A DNA stretch of 63,947 nucleotides, the filler included, from Octopus bimaculoides (Eukaryota), in NCBI RefSeq assembly GCF_001194135.2. It is 4 parts of 3 records of this genome, joined end to end, with 100 filler letters (N's around TTAATTAATTAA, not from the genome) between each part and the next. Parts side by side here need not be neighbours in the genome. Positions count along the whole stretch, not along the records: positions 47,255 to 62,826 come from NC_068993.1; positions 62,927 to 63,947 come from NC_068982.1; 2 more parts are not named here. One strand, written 5' to 3'. The notes beneath the pieces were generated by a model. That model did not search any database and was not told the DNA's origin. It saw only the letters and a program-made list of their open reading frames with translations. A program made the position numbers and the translations under genes. Within the stretch, counting starts at the first letter, position 1. Each line of letters begins with the position of its first letter. Shown piece after piece: positions 52,028 through 63,947 of this stretch.

Positions 52028-55000
52028 GGTGTTGCTGCACCGTTCTGTTGCTGACACACTACAGATTCTCATGTAAGAGAGACACTGAAATATTTGCTCA
52101 CACATCTAGGTCACTGTTCCTGTTGCATGTCTACAGCCCGTATACATACATACATACATACATACATACAAACATACATATAGATATATGTATATTGATA
52201 TTTGTATATTGGTATATACATATATATATATATATGTATATATCTGTGTGTGTGCGTTTGTGTTTGCCCCCTGCCATCGCTTGACAACCGATGCTGGTGT
52301 ATTATTTGATCGAACGCCACGCATCCATTTCCAAGTAAATTTTATCTTAATAATTCTGATGCACACTGTACAACTATCTCTATTCTCCCTTTATTTCTCT
52401 ATTATTATTCTTTCTTTCTGTTTTTCTTCTCCTCCCCACTTCATCGTTCTCTTTCTCTCCCTCTCTCTCCCTCACTCTTCCTCCTTGAATCTCTCGTTGC
52501 TCACGCGTGGCCAACAGCTATCGTTCTTTCTACCGGTTGCTTTACAAGAGACAAAACCTACTTTTGCTTATCTCTTGTCAAAGCTCCTATATATATTCTA
52601 TACCTATATATATGTATAGGTATAGAATATATATACATGATACGCACACACATTTATGTATGTATGTATGTATCTGTATGCTTCCCAAAATATCTTGTCT
52701 TGACCGGGTTTAGTAACGCCAAAAATAAACAGTCACATCCTATAAATTCCTTATGTTTTGGATAATTGGTTTTAGACGGATGCTAATAATATTCAGCAGA
52801 TCCTAGAATATCGATTCACTCGGAACTGAAGCAGCGAAATAACTAAAAAAATACTTCAATAATAACTTCTAAAAACTGCACACATAAACAAGCAAATATA
52901 GATTCTAAAACAAAAATTTACTCAAAAATTATTCTCTTTATTTTCTAAAAAAACATGATCTTTAATTCCAAAATTCAATGAGTTTTATGATTACTATAAA
53001 TAAATAATTTCTTTAATCAGTAAATTTTTCCAGTGTCTCTCGCAGTACTCCAGGGCATACAATATATTAAGAGTTTTACTCTCGGACACTGAAACTTGAG
53101 GTAATTTTTCTTCCAGGCCTCTGACCTTGAACTTGAAGAGTTGCGTCCCTTTGAGAAAATTACAGTTACATATGTGCAAAAATTGCGCGTCCAACTAGGA
53201 ACTTAGATTACAAGTATTTATGTTAATATATTATAATGTTTGGTATGCATGTATTTCCGTATTTTAACCTGGGATCTATGTACGGTCATTCTTTGATGTA
53301 GACTCCTAAGGTCAATATAAACAGGAATTTTCCAACCCTAGTCCGTACTTATTACAACAAACATTGCTCTCGAAACCCTGATCAAGTTAACACATATATC
53401 AAGTTTTCTGAAGCAGATGTGAAGTTGTTTTTCACTGTAAAACGTAGACCCTGTCTGAAGGAGAGCTCCGATACCTCAATTAGTTTGACACATTACCACA
53501 GCTAGGTCTTCCGCATTTTTAATGACAGTTTCGATGTTGTTGACGGGTGTAATTGGGCTTCTGTTAGAATAGTTTTCATTGACTTGTGTTGTCTTTTGCT
53601 CTTGACGACGGTGTGCGTTTGGAGAATTTGATTCATTCAGACAGAAAAAAGGGAAATGTCTTACCTATTTGAAGACTACAGAAATATTTACAAAACGTTT
53701 CATTTAATTTTTTCTTCAATTTAATTGTCTTTCTTCTTAATTAATATCCACCTTTGTTTTTGAAAAAAGTCGAAAGGACTGAAACCAGTACTAACCGTTC
53801 AAACATGTATTTCAGAATGAAATCATTTTAACATTTTCTACCTTGTCTTATTTTCCTTACATAGATATATATTTCTAATTCTTCAATCCCACTGTCCCCT
53901 ACACATGTCTCCTCTTTCCACGTGACCGGTGTCCAGCCAGCTATGATCTTTCTTTCTTGGCCTGACTGCTGACCGCCAACACGACTTGTGTCCGTCTCCC
54001 ATGTTCCTGCCTTTAGACTTTCACTCCATACACGCCAGGTCAATTTGAATCGTTCTCAGTCGAAAGACGCCTGTTGTCATTTCTTTTCGTTTATATTCGT
54101 AATTCTGTATCATGTTCTTCGTTTTTGTTTATTTATTTATTCATGCCGTACACATTCGCTAGCTTTCTTACAAAGGGGTCTAAGGCTCTTAGCTTGGATT
54201 TTTTGTGGAAACAACCAGATCGAACCATCTCAAGTGCAATTGTCCGAAATGGTTGTGACTTCTGGTACTTGACTGAAGAAAGAAAGCTAAGAATGACCCG
54301 TCTTTCTTGCCTGTCCTTCTAATTGTTGTTTCTCTTGTCCGCCTTTGTGGCGTTTATTGCGTTTTTGTCCCAGTCACATATATNNNNNNNNNNNNNNNNN
54401 NNNNNNNNNNNNNNNNNNNNNNNNNNNNNNNNNNNNNNNNNNNNNNNNNNNNNNNNNNNNNNNNNNNNNNNNNNNNNNNNNNNNNNNNNNNNNNNNNNNN
54501 NNNNNNNNNNNNNNNNNNNNNNNNNNNNNNNNNNNNNNNNNNNNNNNNNNNNNNNNNNNNNNNNNNNNNNNNNNNNNNNNNNNNNNNNNNNNNNNNNNNN
54601 NNNNNNNNNNNNNNNNNNNNNNNNNNNNNNNNNNNNNNNNNNNNNNNNNNNNNNNNNNNNNNNNNNNNNNNNNNNNNNNNNNNNNNNNNNNNNNNNNNNN
54701 NNNNNNNNNNNNNNNNNNNNNNNNNNNNNNNNNNNNNNNNNNNNNNNNNNNNNNNNNNNNNNNNNNNNNNNNNNNNNNNNNNNNNNNNNNNNNNNNNNNN
54801 NNNNNNNNNNNNNNNNNNNNNNNNNNNNNNNNNNNNNNNNNNNNNNNNNNNNNNNNNNNNNNNNNNNNNNNNNNNNNNNNNNNNNNNNNNNNNNNNNNNN
54901 NNNNNNNNNNNNNNNNNNNNNNNNNNNNNNNNNNNNNNNNNNNNNNNNNNNNNNNNNNNNNNNNNNNNNNNNNNNNNNNNNNNNNNNNNNNNNNNNNNNN

Positions 55001-55214
55001 NNNNNNNNNNNNNNNNNNNNNNNNNNNNNNNNNNNNNNNNNNNNNNNNNNNNNNNNNNNNNNNNNNNNNNNNNNNNNNNNNNNNNNNNNNNNNNNNNNNN
55101 NNNNNNNNNNNNNNNNNNNNNNNNNNNNNNNNNNNNNNNNNNNNNNNNNNNNNNNNNNNNNNNNNNNNNNNNNNNNNNNNNNNNNNNNNNNNNNNNNNNN
55201 NNNNNNNNNNNNNN

Positions 55215-55266
<52 letters not shown>

Positions 55267-55755
55267 ACATACGCACGCACACACGCACGCGCGCAAACGC
55301 GAGTGAACATGTTTATACTGACAGACATAACGTCCCTCAGCTCGGAGCAAACGAAAGAGAAGACTGTTGCAACGAGCGGCAACAGTAACAACAACAGCAG
55401 CAACAACATCGGCAACAGCAACAGCGGCAGCAGCAGCAGCATCAGTAGTAGTAGTAGTAGTAGTAGCAGTAGTAGTAGTATTAGTAGTAGTAGTAGTAGT
55501 AGTAGTAGTAGAAGAAAAAGAATGTAGAAGAAGCGGATCTCGTCAGAAAAAATACCTTTAGGTTCTTCACATTTTGACCTTTGAAAGAGAAAACAATGAC
55601 CCGAGAAAGTTAGAGGAAAATAAGATCTGTATTGTGCGAATGCATTGTTTATTCACGTATATGCATGTGCAGACGTATGTGTACATACACACATACATAC
55701 ATACATACATATATATATATATGTATATATGTGTATATATATGTGTGTGCATATA

Positions 55756-55786
<31 letters not shown>

Positions 55787-55855
55787 ACGTATATATATCT
55801 ATATATACATACATATATGCATACATATACATATGTGTGTGTGAGTATGTATATG

Positions 55856-55907
<52 letters not shown>

Positions 55908-57796
55908 NNNNNNNNNNNNNNNNNNNNNNNNNNNNNNNNNNNNNNNNNNNNNNNNNNNNNNNNNNNNNNNNNNNNNNNNNNNNNNNGTGTATGTGTCGGT
56001 GTCTGTGTGTTTGTGCAAGTCAAAAAAATAATACGAGAACAAAAAATCTGTGAAGAAAAGAAAAAAAGAACAAACAAGTAATAAAAAGAGTTACACAACG
56101 CGAAAGCACATGACTGAAAATGAGTAGAAATACAAAGCAAAATCATAAGAAACAACCAAAAATGTGTACAACGTAGATAAAGGCGCCAAGAGGAAGAAAC
56201 AGAAGAAAATCTACCGTTTCGGGTGATAGTTGCTATTAAAGAGAAAGAAAGTGGGAAAAAGACATGTTACTGATTTTCGAATTTAAAACATCTCTTTACA
56301 ACGACAGGTCTAAGGAAGAAATTACAATTATACATATGTGTACGTATATACGAAGTTATGGATATGCATATACATATATACATGCATATATATATANNNN
56401 NNNNNNNNNNNNNNNNNNNNNNNNNNNNNNNNNNNNNNNNNNNNNNNNNNNNNNNNNNNNNNNNNNNNNNNNNNNNNNNNNNNNNNNNNNNNNNNNNNNN
56501 NNNNNNNNNNNNNNNNNNNNNNNNNNNNNNNNNNNNNNNNNNNNNNNNNNNNNNNNNNNNNNNNNNNNNNNNNNNNNNNNNNNNNNNNNNNNNNNNNNNN
56601 NNNNNNNNNNNNNNNNNNNNNNNNNNNNNNNNNNNNNNNNNNNNNNNNNNNNNNNNNNNNNNNNNNNNNNNNNNNNNNNNNNNNNNNNNNNNNNNNNNNN
56701 NNNNNNNNNNNNNNNNNNNNNNNNNNNNNNNNNNNNNNNNNNNNNNNNNNNATATATACATGTGTTTGTGAGTGCGTGCTTGTGTGCGTTTGTGTGTATT
56801 TGTGTATGCGTGTCTGTATGTGTCTGCTTGTCTCTGTGTGTGTGCGTTCGCTCGTGCGCGCGTGCGTGTATTTGTATATGTGTGTTTGTTTGTGTGAGCA
56901 CATATCTGCCAAATACACACTTGGTTGACTCAAGAAGAACCTGCAGATATTCTACCTGGAATATAATTTTAGACTAATACCTATTGTTACTGAGGAACCT
57001 GTTTATTTAACGGACTCTTTAAATACAAATACCGAACAGTTGTGTTTTGTAGAAATCGGTAAATCACAATTAGAATCCCTCAAAGAAGTTATAAAAATAT
57101 ATATACATATATATATTATCTTGTAGAAATCTAATCTATATTACACGCTAGCTTCGGCCAGCGGCAGTCACTGCGTCACTTTTCAATGAAGTTTATCGTC
57201 CACATTTAACTACCAGTGACCATTGTAACAAGCACAATAATAAAACTGACGTAAGCAGGAGACTGGAGAACATATATTATTGAATGTTGTTACTGAATGC
57301 TATTCTAGCTGAAATGTTTCAAGAAAAGATTGATTCCTTCCAGAAAAATATAAAAATATACGCCTACTAGTTAGATACGATTTTACAAGTATTGATAAGA
57401 AACCAGCAAAGTTAATGTTGACTGTGATAAGCAACATTAGGGAGATATTTGAAAGAAAATAGAAATAGAAAAAAAAAAGAATGCTAATGAGTATGTGTTT
57501 ACATTCTCTTTCCAATTCTAAAAGATTACTAAACAAGTAAACAAAGACTAATTAATTCGAACGTCATTATCATGAATTTCTGAAATAAAACGTGAAGAAG
57601 CATTGGCTTAGAGAGTACCACCACGTAGTGATAATAATCAAATGTCAACAAAGAAAGAGCTGCGAAATAAAACAGCAATAACATATTAGAACATAGTAAA
57701 AAAAGATTAACCATTCCCAAACAGGCGTGGCTGTGTGGTAAGATAGGTGCTTCCCAACTACATGGCTCTGGATTCAGTCTTACTGCATGATACACA

Positions 57797-57838
<42 letters not shown>

Positions 57839-58159
57839 NNNNNNNNNNNNNNNNNNNNNNNNNNNNNNNNNNNNNNNNNNNNNNNNNNNNNNNNNNNNNN
57901 NNNNNNNNNNNNNNNNNNNNNNNNNNNNNNNNNNNNNNNNNNNNNNNNNNNNNNNNNNNNNNNNNNNNNNNNNNNNNNNNNNNNNNNNNNNNNNNNNNNN
58001 NNNNNNNNNNNNNNNNNNNNNNNNNNNNNNNNNNNNNNNNNNNNNNNNNNNNNNNNNNNNNNNNNNNNNNNNNNNNNNNNNNNNNNNNNNNNNNNNNNNN
58101 NNNNNNNNNNNNNNNNNNNNNNNNNNNNNNNNNNNNNNNNNNNNNNATATATACATATA

Positions 58160-58560
58160 CAGGCGTTGCTTTGTGGTAAGAAGCTTGCTTCTCAACAACA
58201 TTGTTCCGGGTTCGGTTCAGTCCCACTGCGTGGCACCTTGGGCAAGTGTCTTCTACTATAGCCTCGGGCCGACCAAAGACTTGTGAATGGATTTGGTAGA
58301 CGGACACTGAAAGAAGCCCGTCGTATATATATATGTGTGTATATTTGTGTGTCTGTCTTTGTTCCCCCACCATCGCTTAACAACCGATGTTGATGTGGTT
58401 AACATTAGCAGTTCGGCAAAAGACACCGATAGAATAAGTGACAATCTTTTAAAATAATAAAAGAACTACTGGGGTAGATTTGCTTGATTAAATCCTTCAG
58501 CACCGTACCCCAGCATGGCCACAGTCTAATGATTGAAACAAGTAAAAGATAAAAGATAAA
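58160..58560 (+). mobile_element. SINE family A copy. Other partial copies at about 7848-7957, 13945-14115, 22685-22990, 39369-39530, 43037-43160, 52225-52310, 57721-57810 and 62500-62620
   Basis: ggcgttgctttgtggtaagaagcttgc...cttgggcaagtgtcttctactatagcctcgggccgaccaaag... Confidence 0.9.
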
Positions 58561-59269
58561 ATTTGGGTTGTAATGTAAGTCAGTCTGTCTTCAGAAGACA
58601 GTAGCCGTTAGGCAAATAAGCAGGCAATTCACTTAAAAATCAATCAGCTGTCTGAGGGCACAATCAATACAAATCACAGAGGATATATATATATTCATTC
58701 TGGAGAAAATCTGGAATAAAGAAAAGTGTTTAATACATATGTAATGTAGCCAGAATAAATCACAAAGAAATATTACACTAGCATTACGCCATAACTATAC
58801 ACTGGCATTGGTAATATCATTGGGACAACAAAAACTGTAATAGAACATTTTCAGGACAGGAAAGCACCAGAAAAAGACTTGATTGACGTCTATTGGTACG
58901 ACAAAAAAAAATGTATTTTTTATCGGCGATATATTATGAACTTCTGCCAAAAATCTTTCAGTGCATATATAAATATATCAAGCTGGTTGGCATTGGCAGA
59001 AGGAAGAAAGATACCAAAGAATAAAACCATTTTCATTGCGAAGAACTATCGACAATTTCTATGCCAAGATCTCAGCCTGTCTCAAGTTATTCTTTGTCTG
59101 AACTGTCATTGTAATATATTGTTTCCTAAGACCCAATTGAGTAGTTAGGCTAGCTGGATACATCATAAACTATCAGAATGAAAATGTAACGAAGGCTAAT
59201 TACTAATCATCATACTTAACCATTAACAATTATTAAAAGTTACAAAGCTCTCGTAAACAATTTCAGTGC

Positions 59270-59830
59270 AAACCCACTAACCATCAACTCAGTAATGACA
59301 CCAAAATATCATGCCATCGAACTATTGAAGACAAGATACCATCAAAGTACCAAAACCACCGATTCCTCATATGAACAACTTACTAAATCTACAAACCATG
59401 GCATCTTCATAGCTTCAAAGCTGCCAATCCATCATAACGTCTGCCATCCAATTCTGAAACGGTTACATCATCAAAGTTTGAAAGCCATCAATCTATCATG
59501 TTATCGAACCAATATGTAATCAAAGCTGCCAAATCGCCATGAAGTCATCAAACATCCATCACCAGACCAAACTCTCAAAATCATCAAAGTATGACACAAT
59601 CGCACCATCATACCACAATCCTAGAAAAGCTATTGAAAACTATTAAGGCCATCAAACCAACATACTGTCGCAGCAGTAAGGCTACTAAACGGTTATGCCA
59701 TCAAACCATCATTCTGACAAACTCTCAAAATCATCAAACTATCGAAACCATCAAAAATGCAAACCATATTACAAACGACCTAGCAGATCCACCAAACCAT
59801 CAACAATTATACCACGAAGCCACTATACCC
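59270..59830. repeat. Cryptic degenerate minisatellite rich in CCATCAAA/CATCAAA
   Basis: The motif recurs every few tens of bases, AAACTCTCAAAATCATCAAA occurs twice, and the + strand is G-poor. Confidence 0.7.
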
Positions 59831-60014
59831 TGAAGCATCCCTCAAATCACATTATACTGTTTTAAGCCTGCAAAAATTATAAATAAAAAAGACATATTGT
59901 GCAAATGTTGTCCTACATATACAATACTGAAATAACAAATGGATGGTCACGGTTGGAAATTCATTCAACAACAGCCTGTATGATCTACGGTTATCTAGAT
60001 ATAAACAACTGTTG

Positions 60015-60395
60015 TTGGCACTCCGTCGCTTACGACACCGAGGGTTCCAGTTGATCCGATCAACGAACAGCCTGCTCGTGAAATTAACGTGCAAGTGACT
60101 GAGCACTCCACAGACACGTGTACCCTTAACGTAGTTCTCGAGAATATTCAGCGCGACACAGTGTGACAAGGCTGACCCTTTGAATTACAGGCACAACAGA
60201 AACAGGAAGTAAGAGTGAGAGAAAGTTGTGGTGAAAGAGTACAACAGGGTTCGCCACCATAACCTGCCGGAGCCTCGTGGAGCTTTTTAGGTGTTTTCGC
60301 TGAATAAACACTCACAACGCCCTGTCTGGGAATCGAAACCGCGATCCTATGACCGCGAGTCCGCTGCCCTAACCACTGGACCATTGCGCCTCCAC
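60015..60395 (-). mobile_element. tRNA-derived SINE family D (possibly the octopus OR type), near full length; a 3' fragment lies at 47255-47360 (+)
   Basis: Head GTGGAGGCGCAATGGTCCAGTGGTTAGGGCAGCGGACTCGCGGTC...GGTTTCGATTCCC with A and B boxes. Confidence 0.8.
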
Positions 60396-61032
60396 GATCT
60401 AGGGATAAACAATATAGAAAAGAGAGAAAAAAAATGGCGTCGACGGTCACGATGAAAGCGACAAAGAAGACGACGAGGACAGCGGCCATGACAAGGAGGG
60501 GACTTCCTCGACTACGATGACGACGACGACATTTCAATTATGTATGTCTTCGTACCGCTTCGGTTTCACCGCAATTTTTTTTCTTCGTCTCTTTTCTTTC
60601 TGTTCTTTCTTTCCCCTTTTGTTACTTTTAATTTTTTTTATTTTTATTTTTTTGAGACATTTGTTTTAAACACATTTTTTTTGTGAGTGTTTTTGTTTTT
60701 TTTGTTTTTCCCCGCTATTAATATTACTCTAGCTAGGTGTCGCTATGCTACCAGACATAACAATGACGATAGAAAGAGACGTTTGGTGTTTCACTATAAT
60801 ATAGAGTGATATCGTATTTAACACGATTCGCCGTGTTCTGATAATCTTCAAAGTAATGAAGCTCTGTGATATTTGAAATGTCATTTGTCATCTGAACAAT
60901 ATAGAAGAAGAAAAGGAAAAAAAATTTTAAATGCTACCTACGAAAATCAATGTATGTGTTTGTGTGTGTATGCGTGCGTGTGTGCCTGTGTGTAACTGTA
61001 AGTGTCTGTGTGTGTCTGTGTGTGTGAGTGAC

Positions 61033-61069
<37 letters not shown>

Positions 61070-61180
61070 GACTGTGTGTGTGTGAGGCATATACATGTAT
61101 GAATGTATGTATGTAAGTCTACACATACGTATTTTCTGTGTAATATATGCATATATATTTATTGCAAGTATATAAGTGTA

Positions 61181-61223
<43 letters not shown>

Positions 61224-62008
61224 NNNNNNNNNNNNNNNNNNNNNNNNNNNNNNNNNNNNNNNNNNNNNNNNNNNNNNNNNNNNNNNNNNNNNNNNNNNNN
61301 NNNNNNNNNNNNNNNNNNNNNNNNNNNNNNNNNNNNNNNNNNNNNNNNNNNNNNNNNNNNNNNNNNNNNNNNNNNNNNNNNNNNNNNNNNNNNNNNNNNN
61401 NNNNNNNNNNNNNNNNNNNNNNNNNNNNNNNNNNNNNNNNNNNNNNNNNNNNNNNNNNNNNNNNNNNNNNNNNNNNNNNNNNNNNNNNNNNNNNNNNNNN
61501 NNNNNNNNNNNNNNNNNNNNNNNNNNNNNNNNNNNNNNNNNNNNNNNNNNNNNNNNNNNNNNNNNNNNNNNNNNNNNNNNNNNNNNNNNNNNNNNNNNNN
61601 NNNNNNNNNNNNNNNNNNNNNNNNNNNNNNNNNNNNNNNNNNNNNNNNNNNNNNNNNNNNNNNNNNNNNNNNNNNNNNNNNNNNNNNNNNNNNNNNNNNN
61701 NNNNNNNNNNNNNNNNNNNNNNNNNNNNNNNNNNNNNNNNNNNNNNNNNNNNNNNNNNNNNNNNNNNNNNNNNNNNNNNNNNNNNNNNNNNNNNNNNNNN
61801 NNNNNNNNNNNNNNNNNNNNNNNNNNNNNNNNNNNNNNNNNNNNNNNNNNNNNNNNNNNNNNNNNNNNNNNNNNNNNNNNNNNNNNNNNNNNNNNNNNNN
61901 NNNNNNNNNNNNNNNNNNNNNNNNNTATATATATATATATATATATATATATGCATATATATATATGTATATGTGTGTGTAAGTATGTATATATATATAT
62001 ATATATTA

Positions 62009-62041
<33 letters not shown>

Positions 62042-62368
62042 ATGCATATGTATGTGCGTATACGTATACGCATTCATATATTCATACATATATATGTATA
62101 CTTACAACCAAACGATGTCGCCTCTGTAAGGTAGTATTTAACATCGGCTTATTCTTCAGATGGTTCCCTGGTCATAGCAGATCTGGCAATTATCACTGCA
62201 CGCGCACGCTCAGATGCACGCCCACCCGCCTACACACAAGGTCGCATGTTTTCGCGTAAGTTCTGTATGTGTATAAGAGTGTGTGCTTGGCCGTGTATGT
62301 GTGTGCATAAGCATTTTCATGAATATAATACTAGCTAAACATACATATAGACAAACAGACAGACAAAT

Positions 62369-62435
<67 letters not shown>

Positions 62436-62826
62436 TGTGTGCATGCTTATTGTATAGTTTCTTGACAAACTAGTTGATTTCGATCTCAGCCATCCACTAG
62501 GGTAGGAGTAGCTAAGTGGTAAGTAGTTTATTTACCAACCACAGGGTTCCGGGTTCAGTCCCACTGCGTTGCATCTTAGGCAAGTGTCTTCTACTAGATA
62601 TATACTATATATAGTCTTCTACTATACATATATATGATATATGCCGAAGAGTGTCGGTATTGTAATGATATTTGGTCTGTTGCTAATGAGGGATAACATC
62701 TCTGTGTATTGTGCTGTTGAGTAAAGTTCTCCGTCTTCCCTCAATGTTTAAATAGTTCTCGTTATATTCATATGTATACTCGAACACACACACACACACA
62801 CACACACACGCATATATATATAAGAT

Positions 62827-62926
62827 NNNNNNNNNNNNNNNNNNNNNNNNNNNNNNNNNNNNNNNNNNNNTTAATTAATTAANNNNNNNNNNNNNNNNNN
62901 NNNNNNNNNNNNNNNNNNNNNNNNNN
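62827..62926. other. Artificial 100-nt assembly join
   Basis: 44 N + TTAATTAATTAA + 44 N. Confidence 0.95.
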
Positions 62927-63160
62927 CAGCTGGCACATAAAAGACACCATTTCGAGCGTGGCCGTTTTCGTGCGGGTGACACGTAAAAGCACCCACTACA
63001 CTCTCTGAGTGGTTGGCGTTAGGAAGGGCATCCAGCTGTAGAAACTCTGCCAAATTAGATTGGAGCCTGGTGTTGCCATCCGGTTTCACCAGTCCTCAGT
63101 CAAATCGTCCAACCCATGCTAGCATGGAAAGCGGACGTTAAACGATGATGATGATGATGT
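62927..63160 (+). mobile_element. SINE family C ending in (GAT)n. Other copies or fragments at about 2880-2960, 13690-13900, 22480-22620, 22800-22890, 24180-24530, 29040-29210 and 63720-63915
   Basis: AGGAAGGGCATCCAGCTGTAGAAAC ... CAACCCATGCTAGCATGGAAAGCGGACGTTAAACGATGATGATG recurs throughout the window. Confidence 0.85.
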
Positions 63161-63177
63161 TGATATATATATATATA

Positions 63178-63600
63178 GTGTACCCAGTGCAAACTATAGA
63201 CACATGAGGTGCAGTGGAATAGTAGGACGGTTAAAAGAGAAAGTAGTGTTTGTTTGTGAAAGATGTACTGGAACCATAAAGACTACAGATATGTGGGAAA
63301 CTGATTTCCTCAAATGTCCCAGGGGCTTTTTGGAAGTAGTAATTTTTGTTACCTAGGTGACCTAATTAGCAGTGGAGGAGGATGTATTGAAAGTGTAATT
63401 GGTAGAATAAGAATAGGATGGAGGAAGTTTGGAGACCTTTTACCTATGTTTGACCCCAAAAGGTGTGTGTGTGTGTCTCTCTCTCTCTCTTAGTAAAAAG
63501 AAGGTTGTATGATGCCTGTATGGGCTACAATGCTACATGGTAGTGAGATATGGGTCCTGAATGCAGAGGACATGCAAACGAACTAGTATTGAAAGCTGAC
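63178..63600 (+). mobile_element. Internal fragment of the same RTE-type LINE family
   Basis: Nucleotide similarity to 8830-9085 (cccagtgcaaactataga...ttacctaggtgacctaatt...agaataagaataggatggaggaag) followed by an LHGSEIWVLN-like segment. Confidence 0.8.
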
Positions 63601-63914
63601 CTCACAATGCTGAGCCTTAAAAAAATAACAAAGGACCAAAGTTCTATGGTGCACTGCTATACAAGACAACCTGCCTTCCACAAAAGAACAGAATTGATAT
63701 CTTAAAATCACCTTGGTATTATTTACCCATGAAGAGCAGTGGTGCCACATAAAAAGCATTCGGCACACTCTGTAAAGTGGTTGATATTTGGGAGGCCATC
63801 CCACTGTACAAACCAAGCCAAAACAGACTATAGAACCTGGGGTGGCTCCTGGCCTTACCAGCTCTTGTGAAACTGTCCGATCATTGTCAGCATGGTAAAC
63901 GGACATTAAATGAT

Positions 63915-63947
<33 letters not shown>

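Noticed and set aside
53665-53703. Signal-peptide first exon of the VWC/pacifastin gene (MKRFVNISVVFK, strong GTAAG donor)
   Set aside because: There is an in-frame TAG just before the donor, the phase is wrong, and it lies beyond an artificial join.
55307-55527. Ser/Asn-rich coding exon
   Set aside because: It is explained by (AAC/AGC/AGT)n triplet repeats and has no convincing acceptor.
58600-59150. CR1 endonuclease remnant
   Set aside because: Motif resemblance is too degenerate to support without a search.
60320-60395. tRNA gene
   Set aside because: The tRNA-like sequence continues into a SINE body seen elsewhere in the window and I cannot fold a complete cloverleaf. The same applies to the family A and B heads.
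50629-62259. Many long ORFs (130-476 aa) in the ORF track
   Set aside because: They consist of N-gaps and (CA/TG/TA)n translations (HTHT, CVCV, YIYI) with no real coding signal.

Overview
This is AT-rich, microsatellite-dense eukaryotic genomic DNA from a gapped assembly. Its SINE families and repeat content point to a coleoid cephalopod, probably Octopus (inference from recalled repeat families, no search run). Nearly all ORFs in the supplied track are artefacts of microsatellites, N-gaps or decayed transposons. There is no prokaryotic gene cluster, CRISPR array, rRNA or genuine tRNA. The one well-supported gene fragment is three phase-1/phase-1 exons on the minus strand (39980-39810, 38126-37944, 33334-33176). 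Each encodes one 6-Cys VWC-N-terminal/pacifastin-like module, and the ORF track misses the first exon. The rest is about four SINE families, decayed LINEs (RTE-type, L1/Tx1, R4/Dong, CR1/Jockey-like), a Tigger element with both TIRs, and pogo-, hAT- and piggyBac-type MITEs. Also notable are two copies of a repeat carrying a minimal type-I hammerhead-ribozyme motif, a hairpin with ~210-bp arms, and a sharp CpG-density step at ~30.5 kb. Three artificial 44N-TTAATTAATTAA-44N joins split the window into four segments whose true adjacency is unproven.
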